DNA from: Alloascoidea hylecoeti
Lineage: Eukaryota
Length of the DNA: 64,000 nucleotides
Assembly: GCA_001600815.1 (NCBI GenBank)
Contig: BCKZ01000007.1
Coordinates: 1-64,000, forward strand
Direction: 5' to 3'
The stretch's first letter is position 1; each line of letters begins with the position of its first letter. The notes under the pieces were generated by a model. The model made no database searches. It was not told where the DNA came from and saw only the letters and a list, made by a program, of their open reading frames with translations. Made by a program: the position numbers and the translations under genes. This document shows, in pieces, positions 35,800 through 47,520 of this stretch.

Positions 35800-36285
35800 T
35801 AAATTAATCCAGTAATCCAAGTTCCACAATCTTAATAAGTATAATCATCACAAACGTTTTCCATTGCAATTTCATCAACCAATTTTTAGCAACATCCGAA
35901 TTAGAAACATTTACTAATTCATTTAGAAATCCAATTCTATTTTGATCTAACAAAAAAAATTAGGGTATTATGCATAATGGTTCAATTTGGATGTTGAAGA
36001 TTGGTAGATAGATTATTTGGATATATGATCTATCACCTTTGCGTTTGGACTTTGTAATGGGTGTCCTGGTTATCCAAAATATTAAGGTCTTCTATTTTGT
36101 ATTCGAAGTTAGATATCATTCCATTATTTGCTTGAACATTTTTAGAGATTTGAATTTGTTATTGGTCTTGGTGACGATATAGGTACAGGTGAATATTTAT
36201 TATGAGCACTAGTTGGAATTATTGGATAAGTATACAGTTGTAGTTGTAGAAGCAGCAGGTCTATTTGAAACTTATAATTAACCAT
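35800..36285 (-). pseudogene. Heavily deleted pseudogene copy of the 3' half of the Sec31-like gene
   Basis: Remnants PIIPTSAHNKYSPVPISSPRPITNSN, QNRRP*YFG, KGDRSYI and GTWITGL are collinear with NKYSPPILSPKPIISNSN, QNKRPSYFG, EGDRSHI and GKWIPGL of the intact gene. Confidence 0.75.
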
Positions 36286-37140
36286 ACTGTAATCAATCTA
36301 ATAATTAATGATTATATTAAAAGTATAAATCTAGTATGAGCGTGAAATGATGTTGATCATGATGATTTAAGTCTTTACGAGTTGCAAGGGAAAACAACCA
36401 AAGGAGAGGAGAAAAGGAGAAAGAAAGGAACCCAATCTGGTGATGTGAGTAGATTGTCAAGATCTGAGCGAAACATTAAAAGATCATAAGTGTATAAACT
36501 GGCGGATTCCCGAAGGTTTGAATGTTTACATCCGGGTTTGGGTTTCATTGTTAATCACAAGTTTATAGTCTGTTAAGCCTTAGTGGAGCTGGGGATAATT
36601 ACTGTTCCGCTCGTAATAGCTGGAAGTCTGGAATTAATCACCAGCACTGTGTTACTGTGTAGTTTCCACTAGTTGGTCATGGTATGGTTTCAATTGCTTA
36701 AAAACCCCAACACCATTATCAACAGTATGGTCGGATATTTGATTAATATTGTTCATCTTTATCAATACTATATTACTACTACTACTTTCAAAATTCAAAC
36801 TACAACGTTGAAGTTCAATTGTGTTTTGATCATTTGGAAATTCGGTAAGCTTAAATAATTATAATCAGCCAATGCCGTTTCAGCCGAACCCTCAACTACC
36901 GATCGGAATACCGTTTAAGTTTTACAGCCATCTTATAATTAATGAAACAATTGCAATTATAGATTTAAATAATTTTACAATTAATATTTAAAGATTAATA
37001 TAAATATTTGTATCTATATCATAAATGTATATTATATAGTTTATAAAATTTCTAATTCCAACTTTTCAATTTTCCATAGATTAGACAAAAAATAAAATCG
37101 TCGAAGTTTTGTGAAAAATGTCCAAGTTTCAATTGGTTAT

Positions 37141-37542
37141 TTATTTCTCAAGAGAATCACTAAATGAAACATTCAATTGATTAAGTTAGTTACCATTTTT
37201 AATTGGTATAGTTGAATATAAGTGGAGATATAAATACATACATTTGACTTTTAAGACCATCAAGTTCTTCTTGATGTTTCTTCAATTGAGCTTTTAAAGC
37301 AGCAATCTTCTCGGCTTCATGTTGTTTAACGTAATAATCTTCTTGTGCTTTTTCACGTTTCTATATATATTTGGTTAAGTTAGTATTGAGTCGTTTTCAT
37401 ATTAGCCAATCACAGTACGCACGGTAAATGAATCACCGCCATCATTACGTGGAGCACCAGTAGCACCTTCAGAATAAGCACGGATTTGAGCAGGAGCAGC
37501 TCTTCTAAACATAAGAGATGAACGGATTGTTGAACGAAGCAT
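37141..37542 (-). CDS. INH1: Mitochondrial F1Fo ATPase inhibitor, 85 aa; exons 37542-37423, 37360-37242, 37159-37141
   Basis: Presequence plus SEGATGAPR..GDSFT|KREKAQEDYYVKQHE; two introns with branch points give a continuous frame. Confidence 0.93.
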
Positions 37543-37676
37543 AATTGTAAAAATTGAGAGGCTGATAGTTGAAGTTTGAGAAAAATACAATTGGACAATA
37601 CAATTGGACAATAATAAGTTCATTTAAGATGATGGGTATATAAATTACACAGTACATGCTGATATTTACCATCACA

Positions 37677-38823
37677 TCAGAGTTCCATTTTCTTTTCTAC
37701 AATTTGTTTAATATTTTCAACTTCTTTTTCACTTCTATCATTTTTTAATAATTCAATTTCTGATCTACTAACACTTCCAATATTGGAGTTACTCAAGTCT
37801 TCATCATCATCTTTATCTCCATCTACCGTGGTGTATGAATCAATTGGAATTTGTAACTTATGAAATATTCTATTTGTTGCTTCATCTAAAAACACATCTC
37901 TTTGAGATTTATTAATTTCTAATCCTTTTAATCCTCCATCAGATGCAGAAGTATTAAATTTAATTTGTAAATTTTCAATTACTTTAACCATTTCTGTTAC
38001 TTGAGATTGTAAAAAATATAAAGTTTCCCCAAGTGGAGAAATTACTTTTAATGCCTGTTCTGCTTCTTTTGATAATGAAGTATTTGTATTTTTAGTTGAC
38101 GAAGATTCTGATGAAGATTTTAATATTAAAAATCCAAGTGAATTCATATATTTATTTAATAATTTTAATGTTCTATTAGCTCTTGTTAATTGAATTTTTA
38201 ATAATTTTCTAATATGTAAATGATTTGAAATTTCTAATTGTAATTCAGATATATCCTTATCTAATTGTAATGATTCTGATAATGTATCTTGTTTTGAATG
38301 AAATGCCAAATTTTTATGATGTGTTAAACGAATAAAACCTGAATTTGCAAGATCTTTCGGTATAACTAATAAATTCCGTAATGTATATAATTCAAATCTA
38401 AAAACAGCATTAATTAGTAATGATATTAGTTTTATGAAAGTAAAATAATGATAAAACATACCTATCAAAATTCATATCAACTTTATGTTCTAAAAAACTT
38501 TCTAAAGCAGCTGTACCTAATTCAATTTCATCTTCAGGAATTATAAATTTATTTTTTAATTTTTCATCTTCATCTTTCTTAACTGCATTTATATCTAATA
38601 TAACATCATCTGAATTAATTAATCTTTCATTTTCTTTTAATTCTTCATCATTTTGTTGTTTTTTAAATTTTGTTTCACGTTGATATAAAAATTCTTCTAA
38701 AGCTGCTGTACATTTATACATTAATTCATTAACTGCATTGATAACATCATCAACTAATGATAATGGAGCATAACCTAAATGTTCTGTTAAAATAGAAGTT
38801 GCTTTAAAATCTGGTGGTGACAT
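37677..38823 (-). CDS. MTW1: Mis12/Mtw1 kinetochore subunit; intron 38398-38461
   Basis: LTEHLGYAPLSLVDDVINAVN, EIELGTAALES, NFDR|FELYTLRN; GTATGT...TAG intron joins two ORFs. Confidence 0.95.
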
Positions 38824-38849
38824 TAAATTGATTTGTTTATAATTAATTT

Positions 38850-38943
38850 ACGCGTTTTGGTGTTTGTGTGTTATTCAAAATTATAAGGTTGTGGTATAAT
38901 CCGGGTAATTTCTAACTCATCCCAAACTTTACAAAAAATTTCA
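38850..38943. promoter_or_regulatory. Divergent MTW1/RPA43 promoter with MCB, Reb1, PAC and RRPE motifs
   Basis: ACGCGT 38850-38855, CCGGGTAA 38901-38908, CTCATC 38916-38921, AAAAAATTTCA 38933-38943. Confidence 0.7.
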
Positions 38944-39109
38944 TAAAAACCTTTGATGAAACTTTTTTTCTTTAGCTAGGGACTTAAAAAAATCATTATC
39001 ATACAAGAAATATTTCAATAAAAACCTTTTAAATTTTTTAACAAGATAAGAGAATTTACAAAAGAAATATTAACATTAAATATATAACGGATCTATGAAA
39101 TAATAATAA

Positions 39110-40075
39110 ATGTCTAAAGAAATGCCAGTAGAAAATTTATCATCCCGAAAACGAAAATCTCAATACCAGTCAACTGAATTAATAAATAAACGTCGAAAAC
39201 AAAAACATCAAAATATTATTGAAAATACTATAAATGGTAATTCAAAAAAAAATTCATTTGAAAATATTATTAATCCAATAAATTCAACAAGTAAATTATC
39301 AGAATGTTTTCATAAAATTAAAACAAATTTATATGTATCATTAGCACCAAAATTTTTAAATAATCCATTGAATGGTGTTAAATTACAACATTTAGATTCA
39401 ATGATAATGAAATATATTCCAAATTTTAAAGGTGTTGTTTTAGGTTATAATGATGTTAAATTATCATCATCATCACCAAATAATGAAAATGAAGAAATAA
39501 CTGGGATTGTATCTGCTGGTTCTCCATTTACATTTTTATGGCTTTCTGCTACTTTTTTAGTTTGGTCTCCTAAACCTGGTGATGCTTTAGAAGGTTATGT
39601 TAATATGCAATCACCTTCTCATATTGGATTATTAGTACATGATATTTTTAATGCTACTATTAAAAAAGATGGTATACCAAGAGGTTGGAGTTTTGTTCCA
39701 AATGAAACAAATGATGAAGAAATTGAAGAAGAAAATAATATAGATAATAAAAAGAAATTTAAAAGTCTTGGTTACTGGATTGATGAAAATGGTATACCAA
39801 TTGATGATGGGAAATTTAAATTTGCAGTTAGGAAAGTTTATATATCTGGTAGATTTGTTTCAATTGATGGAACATTAATTGATGTTATTAATGCTAAAAC
39901 AAGTTCTGATTTCACATTACCTGATGATAAACAAAATGGTCATAAATTTACTAGAACTCATATTACTTTTGATTCAGAACCTGTTGTTGTTTCAAAAACA
40001 ACTCAAGTAAATGATGAAGAAGATGAAGATATTCCTATGTATGGTTCAAATAGTAGTGATGAAGATAGTAATTGA
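39110..40075 (+). CDS. RPA43: RNA polymerase I subunit A43, 321 aa
   Basis: LYVSLAP, QHLDSMIMKY, GVVLGY and QSPSHIGLLVHDIFNATIK motifs. Confidence 0.95.
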   Translation: MSKEMPVENLSSRKRKSQYQSTELINKRRKQKHQNIIENTINGNSKKNSFENIINPINSTSKLSECFHKIKTNLYVSLAPKFLNNPLNGVKLQHLDSMIMKYIPNFKGVVLGYNDVKLSSSSPNNENEEITGIVSAGSPFTFLWLSATFLVWSPKPGDALEGYVNMQSPSHIGLLVHDIFNATIKKDGIPRGWSFVPNETNDEEIEEENNIDNKKKFKSLGYWIDENGIPIDDGKFKFAVRKVYISGRFVSIDGTLIDVINAKTSSDFTLPDDKQNGHKFTRTHITFDSEPVVVSKTTQVNDEEDEDIPMYGSNSSDEDSN

Positions 40076-40140
40076 TATGAATAAACAATTTATTAAATAA
40101 TTAAAACATATAAATATAGAGTTTACATTTTATATAATAT

Positions 40141-41383
40141 TTATTTAAAAAATTTAGAAAATGCAGCTTTTTCCTTTTGTAATCTTTCCTTTTCTTGTTT
40201 TTTAGCCAATTGAATCCCCGCTAAAATCCCTTTATCATTAGGAGATAATTCTAAAGCTTTATTAAAATCATCAATTGATCCATTTTCATCTTTTAATTTT
40301 AATTTTGCAAATCCTCTTCTATAATAACCTTTTGCTTTTGATTTATTGTCAATTTCTTCAACTTCTAATGAATCATTTGCAAATTTTAATGATTTTTCAT
40401 AATCATTTAATTTAAATAATGTTAATGAGTAATTTAAATAAACTGATGATTGTAATTTATATAAAATTGGTAAATATTTATCAGATAAATCATCAGGAAA
40501 ATAAGCATCTAAATAATTAACGGCTTTTTTATATTTTAAATTTGCAGTTTTTATATCTCCTGATTTTAATAATTTATTACCAATTTCTTTAATTTTTGTA
40601 ATTACTTGTAGAACTAATTCAGGATCATTATTTATATCAATACCATCATTATCTTCTAAAAATTCTTCATAAATATCACCTGTACCATCATCTTTACCAG
40701 GCTTATATTCAATCTTATAATCCGATGATAATTCGCCAGAATCTTCAATTGTTACTTCTGTTAAAGGTTTATCATTTGAATCAGTTTTTGAACGTTCAAT
40801 TTTACGAACTAATCCTTTACCATATATAACTTTACCAAATACAACATGTTTTCCATCAAGATGTGGAGTTTTAACTGTAGTTATGAAAAATTGTGAACCA
40901 TTTGTACCAGGACCTGCATTTGCCATTGATAATAAAAATGGTGATTCATGTTTTAATTCAAAGTTTTCATCTTCGAATTTTTCACCATAGATTGATTCAC
41001 CACCTGTTCCATTACCTGCTGTGAAATCACCACCTTGAAGCATGAAATTCTTCATATTTTTATTAGTTTTGGTTATAAAATGTTGAAAATGGAAATGATA
41101 AACATACCTTAATTACTCTATGAAAAGTACTACCTTTATAATGCAAAGGTTTTCCAGATATTCCATTACCTTTTTCACCAGTACATAAAGCTCTAAAATT
41201 TTCAGCTGTTTTAGGAACGATATCATTGAACTAGATTATTCATTCAAAAATGATTAGTTAATATCCATGAATATATCTTTCATGATTTATTAAACTTACC
41301 AATTCAAAAATTATACGTCCTTGGTTTTCACCATCAATTGAAATATCAAAAAAAGTTCTTAAATGTTGTTTTGTTTCAGACAT
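40141..41383 (-). CDS. CPR6: Cyclophilin-40 (PPIase + TPR); introns 41231-41299 and 41050-41107
   Basis: [50 protein letters not shown]-terminal TPR repeats ending FSKFFK. Confidence 0.94.
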
Positions 41384-41473
41384 TTTTTTTAGATGGAAAA
41401 AACAAAAAGATATGAATATGGAGGAGATAAATTAAAAAAGCAAGGTTTAAATATTTAAAATAAAAATATGGAG

Positions 41474-41488
41474 AATCTAGAATATTCT
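41474..41488. promoter_or_regulatory. Heat-shock element upstream of CPR6
   Basis: aATCt-aGAAt-aTTCt: three inverted nGAAn units with one mismatch, ~95 bp upstream of an Hsp90 co-chaperone gene. Confidence 0.55.
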
Positions 41489-41523
41489 TAACATCCCAAC
41501 ACCCTTTTCTTATGATATGGGTA

Positions 41524-42460
41524 TTAATTTTCTAAACTATTTACTAATGATATCAATTCAGGAGTTAAACTGAATATTAATTTTGATTCTTCATCTTCTT
41601 CATTATCAACTTCTGCATCAATTTCATTATCATTATCTGTAACATTTTCAATAATATCATCGTCATCATTATTATTATTATTTTCATTATTATTATTATT
41701 TTCATTATTATTATTATTTTCATTATTATTATTATTTTCATTATTATGATTTTGTTTAATAATTTTTTTATTTAAATTTGATTTATTAGTTAAATTAAAA
41801 TATAATGGATTTGATTTTTTTAATTTTAATCTTTGAGTTTTTTTTCTAGTAATTTTAGGACTTTCCATTAGATTTAAAATTGGAGTTGGAGTCGGAGATA
41901 GAGTTGAATGTAATATTGATGATGACCATGATGGAATACAAGGAGGTTCTTCGGAAGAGTGTTTCGATGATGAAGTATTATTATTATGATTAATTGTTTT
42001 GAAATTTGATGGAGTTGGGATTGATGTTGATGTTGAGGATGGAGATTGTGATTTTAGTCTTGGGTCTTTTGGTCGATTGTTTGAATTAGAAGATAAAGAG
42101 TTTAAATTGGAATTTGATTTTGGAATTTGAATAGGAATAATTGATAAATTCTTTTGTAATGCTTTGAATCTTCGTAATTTTTTAATTGAATTTATAAGAT
42201 TATGATTATTACCTGTTGGTATAATATCACCATTATCATCATTATCATTCTGAATTAAATTATTTTTAAGAGTCATTGAAGGTAAAGATAACCGTATTCG
42301 TTTTAAATTCTTATTATGTACCGATTTTAAATCATTATTATGATTTATTATATTATTTTTATTGATAATTTCAAAAGGTTTTAGTGTAGTTGTGTTTTGT
42401 GATGAAGATTTTTTAAATGATGGAGTTAATAAATTATCAAAAATATCTTCTTCAAGAGCA

Positions 42461-42499
<39 letters not shown>

Positions 42500-42984
42500 A
42501 TTGTATTTCTTCTTCTCCTTTTCTTTTTTGGTTGTCGTTGATTTTCTTTAGAGTTATTATTTATCTCTAAATTTTTATGTATTCTTCCAAAAGGGGAGTT
42601 ATTTTTTAATTTTGGAATTTGAATTTGAGAATTACTATGAGGCTTTGATGACAATAAAGACCATATATCATCATTTTTTGATTTATCATCCAAGGATTTT
42701 AAATGACCATTATCTTTAACGACAGTTCCAGTGACTAAGTCTAAAACATCACCTTGATCTTCTATTCCATAATTTTCATATTTGTTTATTATTGAAAGCC
42801 AAGAATTTTGTAGTTTACGGGTTGTTTGTAGTTGCATCTCATCGAGGGATGAGTGTGCCGAGGTGGGTGGAGTGAGGACAGGAGGAGGGTCGGTTGGAGG
42901 AGAGGTTCTGAGCGAAGTTGAAGAAGGAGGACTCCATCTTTTGCGTTTCCTGTCGAGGAGTGGATTTCTAGTAGAAGTGGACAT
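41524..42984 (-). CDS. SCM3: CENP-A (Cse4) chaperone Scm3-domain protein with long low-complexity tail
   Basis: LQNSWLSIINKYE...DQGDVLDLVTGTVVKDNGHLKSL matches the Scm3 domain; first ATG at 42984. Confidence 0.88.
41665..41750. repeat. 18-bp coding minisatellite (NENNNN)n in SCM3
   Basis: ttttcattattattatta repeated about four times. Confidence 0.9.
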
Positions 42985-43089
42985 GATAAGAAACAATTAA
43001 TATGGTTGGTGTTTGGGTGAAGGGGTGGAGATGTTTGGGTGTTGTGTACTGCTGGGTAAACTTTCAGTCAGCAGCAACTCATATTTATA

Positions 43090-43442
43090 ATGCCACAGGA
43101 GAAGGAAAAAGAGCAGAAAGAAGCAGAAGACCGCAAAGAAGAAGACGAAGATGACGGCGAACCCGACGAATGGTAAGTGACGGCTCGTGCGAATATACTC
43201 CCACCACACGTGCTAACGAGAGTAGGGACCAGCGGATCGAAGCCACTGGCTGCGCCGACGAAAACTTTGCTCTCCTGATGTGCCATGCAGACACGAAGGA
43301 TTGGCGCCAATGCGGGGCTGAGATGGCCGCGTTCAAACAGTGCTGGGAAGCCCACCAGAACAACACCCGCACCTCTACTAAGGATTTGGATCCAGCCGAG
43401 GTTGCTGCCAGACTCCACCCAACTGAAAAAACTGAAAAGTAA
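43090..43442 (+). CDS. COA4: Twin CX9C cytochrome oxidase assembly factor, 99 aa; intron 43173-43225
   Basis: EPDEW|DQRIEATGC-x9-C...DWRQC-x9-CW; GTAAGT / TGCTAAC / TAG intron. Confidence 0.92.
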
Positions 43443-43597
43443 TGTAATATATTTCGTGTTATTGCTGTATATAATTCGCTAGAACTGTGGCATATAATTC
43501 GATGTAGTTGTGTATGTTGATTGGTGGACAGTACGTTATCGCCCCTTGTCTGGCATCTGCAAACACTACACTTCTCAACTCACAGTACCAACCAGTA

Positions 43598-46207
43598 ATG
43601 ATGTCTCTGTCTCACTCTACGACCATTTCAACTTCTCCTGTTACTCATCAAAACTCCGCTTCACCATCTGTTTGGTATAAATCCCCTGCTTATAGACCAA
43701 CACTTGCCACTTTTACAAACACTTCTTCTGTACTGGTCCTTAAACCCCCAAATAATCATAATAATAATTCTTCGATCAGTGTAATTAGCTTAAAATCAAT
43801 CATACCAAAAACTACTATTGTTCCTCCTATTGATAAAACTATCGATAATTTTATTTCTTCTTTGAAAAATAATGATATTTCTTCAATCATCAATAAAAGA
43901 TTATCAATTAATCATTCAAAATCTTCATCTACTTTTGACTGGCAATTATTAAAACACTCTTTAAATAATAAAAACTATCCAACTTCTGTAAACCTGAAAG
44001 ATTTCTTTAAGGAAAAATACGGTATTACAACTAATAAAGATATTGTGAAATTAAGTTCATGTCCATCAAGTATAAATTTAAATTTAAATTTAAATTCTAA
44101 ATTTTCATTAAAATCAACAAATTCAATTGATAATTCAATAATTTCATTACTTATAAATGGTAAAATCCAAGATTCAATTTCATCATTATTATCCCAAAAT
44201 AATCATTTATATGCTTTAATATTATCATCTGAATCATCTGAATCAATTGAAAATTCAACACAACAAGAAATTATTAAAGATTTTTTTCAAAAAAATTTAA
44301 ATTTATTATCATCATCATCATTATTAAGATTAATTTATATAATTTATACAAAAAATTTTAATGATTTAATTAATAATATTGAAATTTCAAATAATGGAAA
44401 CTTAAATTTATTTAAAAATATTTTTTCAATTTTAATTAATTATATTAATAATGATGATGATTTATTGAAAAAATTAATTAAAAATTTTATAATTAGATTA
44501 ATAACAATTATTTCAAAATTAAATTATAAAGATAATAATGTTATTAAATTTAGAAATGAATTGGTTATGATTATTTATATATCTGGATCAATTAATAATA
44601 TTTTAAATTTATGGATTAATGAATTTAATAATAATAATGGAAATGGAAATGAGAATAAATTTGAAATTATTCAAGAATTAATTGAAAAATTAACAATTTA
44701 TAAATATATCTTTGATCAAAAAAATAAAGGATCTATTAATTTAGAAATTTTCTTAAAAATTTATAAAGCATATGGTTTATTTATATTAGAAAATGGTTAT
44801 TTTGATCTTAGTGATGAAATTTTACAAGTTTTATTATCATTTAATTCAATTTCTAATTATAAAGTTAATTCAAATTCGATTGGGAATTTAAATAAATCAG
44901 TTGCTTCGTTATCAATTACAACTCCAACTTCAACTTCAACTTCAAATACAACATCAGCCACCAAAACTACTATATCATCTCCTATAACTCCATCAAATAC
45001 CCAAAATAAATATTCACCACCAATATTATCACCAAAACCAATAATTTCAAATTCAAATGTTAAAAATTCTCATATTAATGATGGAATTGGTTGGAACAAT
45101 ACCCAACTTCCAACTATTAATAAATCAAGAACAAGAAGGGCAACAATAATACCAGCTGCTCAAATAAATGTTCAAAATAAAAGACCTTCATATTTTGGAT
45201 CATCATCTAATAATAATATTCCTAGTCATAATAATAATTGGGTTGAACAAATTCATAATGGACCACCAATTTCAAAAATAAATAGGGATAGAGTACGATC
45301 AAATAGTATTGCTGTTGCTAATTATGGAACAATTTCAACACCAAATTTTCATAATTATACTCAGCAATCACATAATCCATATATTCCTGATACAAATATT
45401 AGAAAGGAACCATCTTCACAAATAAATTCTCCTTATACTCCTCAATATACTACAAATATAAGGTCTTCTATTGTTAATACTACTGGGTCATATGTGCCAT
45501 CCTCTACTTCAATTCCTTATATTTTAAATGCAAATACTTCTCCTGTTTATAATAGTCAAATTACTTCTACATCATATGTATCATCACCACCTTCACATCC
45601 TTATATTCCAAATAGTTCATTAAGATCATTTGGAAATAATATTCCAAATTTAAATTCAAGTTCCAATTCCCTTCAATATCAGCCACAAGTTAAAACACAA
45701 CCACATTCAAATAAAGAAAATGATTTGAATAATTCAATTGCAAGAGCAAGAAAAGTATCAATATCATCAACAACTCGTTCAAGATCCAACACTGAAACAA
45801 AACCAGACCCACCACCACCACAACAATCCCAATCTCAAAAATATCCAGAAGGTGATAGATCACATATTCCACAAACATCCCTGTCAATTTATAACACCTT
45901 AACATTTGAATTAAATCGAATTGAACCATTAATTCCTTTAAAATTTAAAAGACATTTTAATGATTCTAAAAAAAGATTAGAAATTTTGTTTGATTTTTTA
46001 AATAATAATCAAATATCTTCAAAAACAATAAATCAATTAAATCAAATTTGTAAATTAATAAATGAAAAAAATTTTAATGATTCAAAAAAATTAATTATTG
46101 AAATTTCAATTGAAAGAATTAATGATGATAATGAAGAAGTATGGGGGAAATGGATACCTGGTTTAAGAAGACTCGTTGATATGTTAAATGCTGTTGATTC
46201 TTTATAA
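43598..46207 (+). CDS. Sec31-related protein without the N-terminal WD40 propeller (start uncertain: ATG 43514 or 43598)
   Basis: Helical middle region, Pro/Ser-rich region with GWN motif, and Sec31 C-terminal signature KYPEGDRSHIP...KRLEILFDFLNN...WIPGLRRL. Confidence 0.75.
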   Translation: MMSLSHSTTISTSPVTHQNSASPSVWYKSPAYRPTLATFTNTSSVLVLKPPNNHNNNSSISVISLKSIIPKTTIVPPIDKTIDNFISSLKNNDISSIINKRLSINHSKSSSTFDWQLLKHSLNNKNYPTSVNLKDFFKEKYGITTNKDIVKLSSCPSSINLNLNLNSKFSLKSTNSIDNSIISLLINGKIQDSISSLLSQNNHLYALILSSESSESIENSTQQEIIKDFFQKNLNLLSSSSLLRLIYIIYTKNFNDLINNIEISNNGNLNLFKNIFSILINYINNDDDLLKKLIKNFIIRLITIISKLNYKDNNVIKFRNELVMIIYISGSINNILNLWINEFNNNNGNGNENKFEIIQELIEKLTIYKYIFDQKNKGSINLEIFLKIYKAYGLFILENGYFDLSDEILQVLLSFNSISNYKVNSNSIGNLNKSVASLSITTPTSTSTSNTTSATKTTISSPITPSNTQNKYSPPILSPKPIISNSNVKNSHINDGIGWNNTQLPTINKSRTRRATIIPAAQINVQNKRPSYFGSSSNNNIPSHNNNWVEQIHNGPPISKINRDRVRSNSIAVANYGTISTPNFHNYTQQSHNPYIPDTNIRKEPSSQINSPYTPQYTTNIRSSIVNTTGSYVPSSTSIPYILNANTSPVYNSQITSTSYVSSPPSHPYIPNSSLRSFGNNIPNLNSSSNSLQYQPQVKTQPHSNKENDLNNSIARARKVSISSTTRSRSNTETKPDPPPPQQSQSQKYPEGDRSHIPQTSLSIYNTLTFELNRIEPLIPLKFKRHFNDSKKRLEILFDFLNNNQISSKTINQLNQICKLINEKNFNDSKKLIIEISIERINDDNEEVWGKWIPGLRRLVDMLNAVDSL

Positions 46208-47084
46208 TATTGATTTATGTTAATTAATTTTTATCTTTCATAAAATATAAATTTATACTACAAATTAATTTTAATGGAATGAATATATTGTCTCCATTCT
46301 CTAAATTTAAACAAATTATAATTAATTGTAGAAAAGAAAAATATGCGTTATAATTATATTAATATTGATTTATTTGTTATTATCATCATTATATTTACTA
46401 TAAAGCTATAATACCGGTATAAATTAAGATGAATAAATATAAATATAACAATTATTATGTCATGACACTTAATTTTTTTATGTGATGCATTAATATTCGG
46501 CCATACTTTTGAACAATCATTGGGCCAATTTCTCCCCTTTTCTGAGCTATTAATTTAAATGGTGTGGATTTTTATAAATTCAAGGATGCTTGAAGTTATT
46601 CAATATTCATTTTTTTAGAAGGGTTCTTATGAGGGTGAGGTGCTATCCAAAAACATTAAGCGCTGAGATGTGTTTGTGTTTGTGAAAGGAGAATCAAAAA
46701 ACGTCTTGTTTACTTCTTTTACAAAAAAAACTACTAAATTAAAATGGAGAATAATAACGATAGCTTAATGTTTCCCCAAGAAATTAAAGATTATAAACTC
46801 CAAATAACTCTAAACAAATGGAAATCGAGAGAATTGACAGTCACTGAGCAGCAATAATACCTGCTACAAGTATGTTCCATGCATATTACTTTATAATTTG
46901 GACCATCATCTAGAAAAATGGCAAGATTTTAACCAGACCAGTTACTGAGTATATAATGATGACTATTTACGAGTTTGAAAATCAAGTCTCGATATTTTAG
47001 ATAATCAACTACAGTTCAATCTACAGTACAGTTTAAAAGGAATGTGGAGGATTCATTCTTGCATTTATAATGATATTATAGTAA

Positions 47085-47520
47085 AGAAATGACAGCTGTA
47101 ATAAGATACTGGAATGTTGAAACTAGAGAGATAATCCAAGAACTTCTTTCAAGATAACAAAATAGGGGTCATCATAGTAAAGGATCCATACTTGTTTGAT
47201 ATTGTTTACTACAACCAAATAACAGTTCGGGATTTAAAATCAAATAAATATTACCAGATGATGAAAGATTCGAAGATGCACTTGCTCTTTGTATAGTTGG
47301 TAATAAAATCATCTGTGTTAATTATAAGCATATTAGGATTTGGAATTTAAATGATTTAAAATTATTTAAAAAATTTAAAAGATCATAGATACGCTTAAGT
47401 ACATCTTGTTCAATTGATGCTAATTCAAAAAAGATGGCATTTTATACTTTTGATGGTGATCTTGTTGTTTATGATTATACTACACATTTAAGAAAAAAAA
47501 TATTTAAAACATTTATAATT
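47085..47520 (+). pseudogene. Second copy of the WD40 C-terminal fragment
   Basis: IRYWNVET, QITVRDL, NKIICV, LFKKFKRS*IRLSTSCSIDANSKKMAFY; stops and frameshifts. Confidence 0.8.

Noticed and set aside
36359..36467. Possible C/D snoRNA (ATGATGA...CTGA)
   Set aside because: Weak terminal stem and no rRNA-complementary guide identified; would need snoscan or Infernal.
36836..36903. RNase P RNA-like motifs (GGAAATTCGGT ... TACCGAT)
   Set aside because: The motifs are only ~50 nt apart, far too close for the intervening catalytic and specificity domains.
42997..43482. Several overlapping ORFs around COA4
   Set aside because: By-products of high local GC; the spliced COA4 model explains the region.
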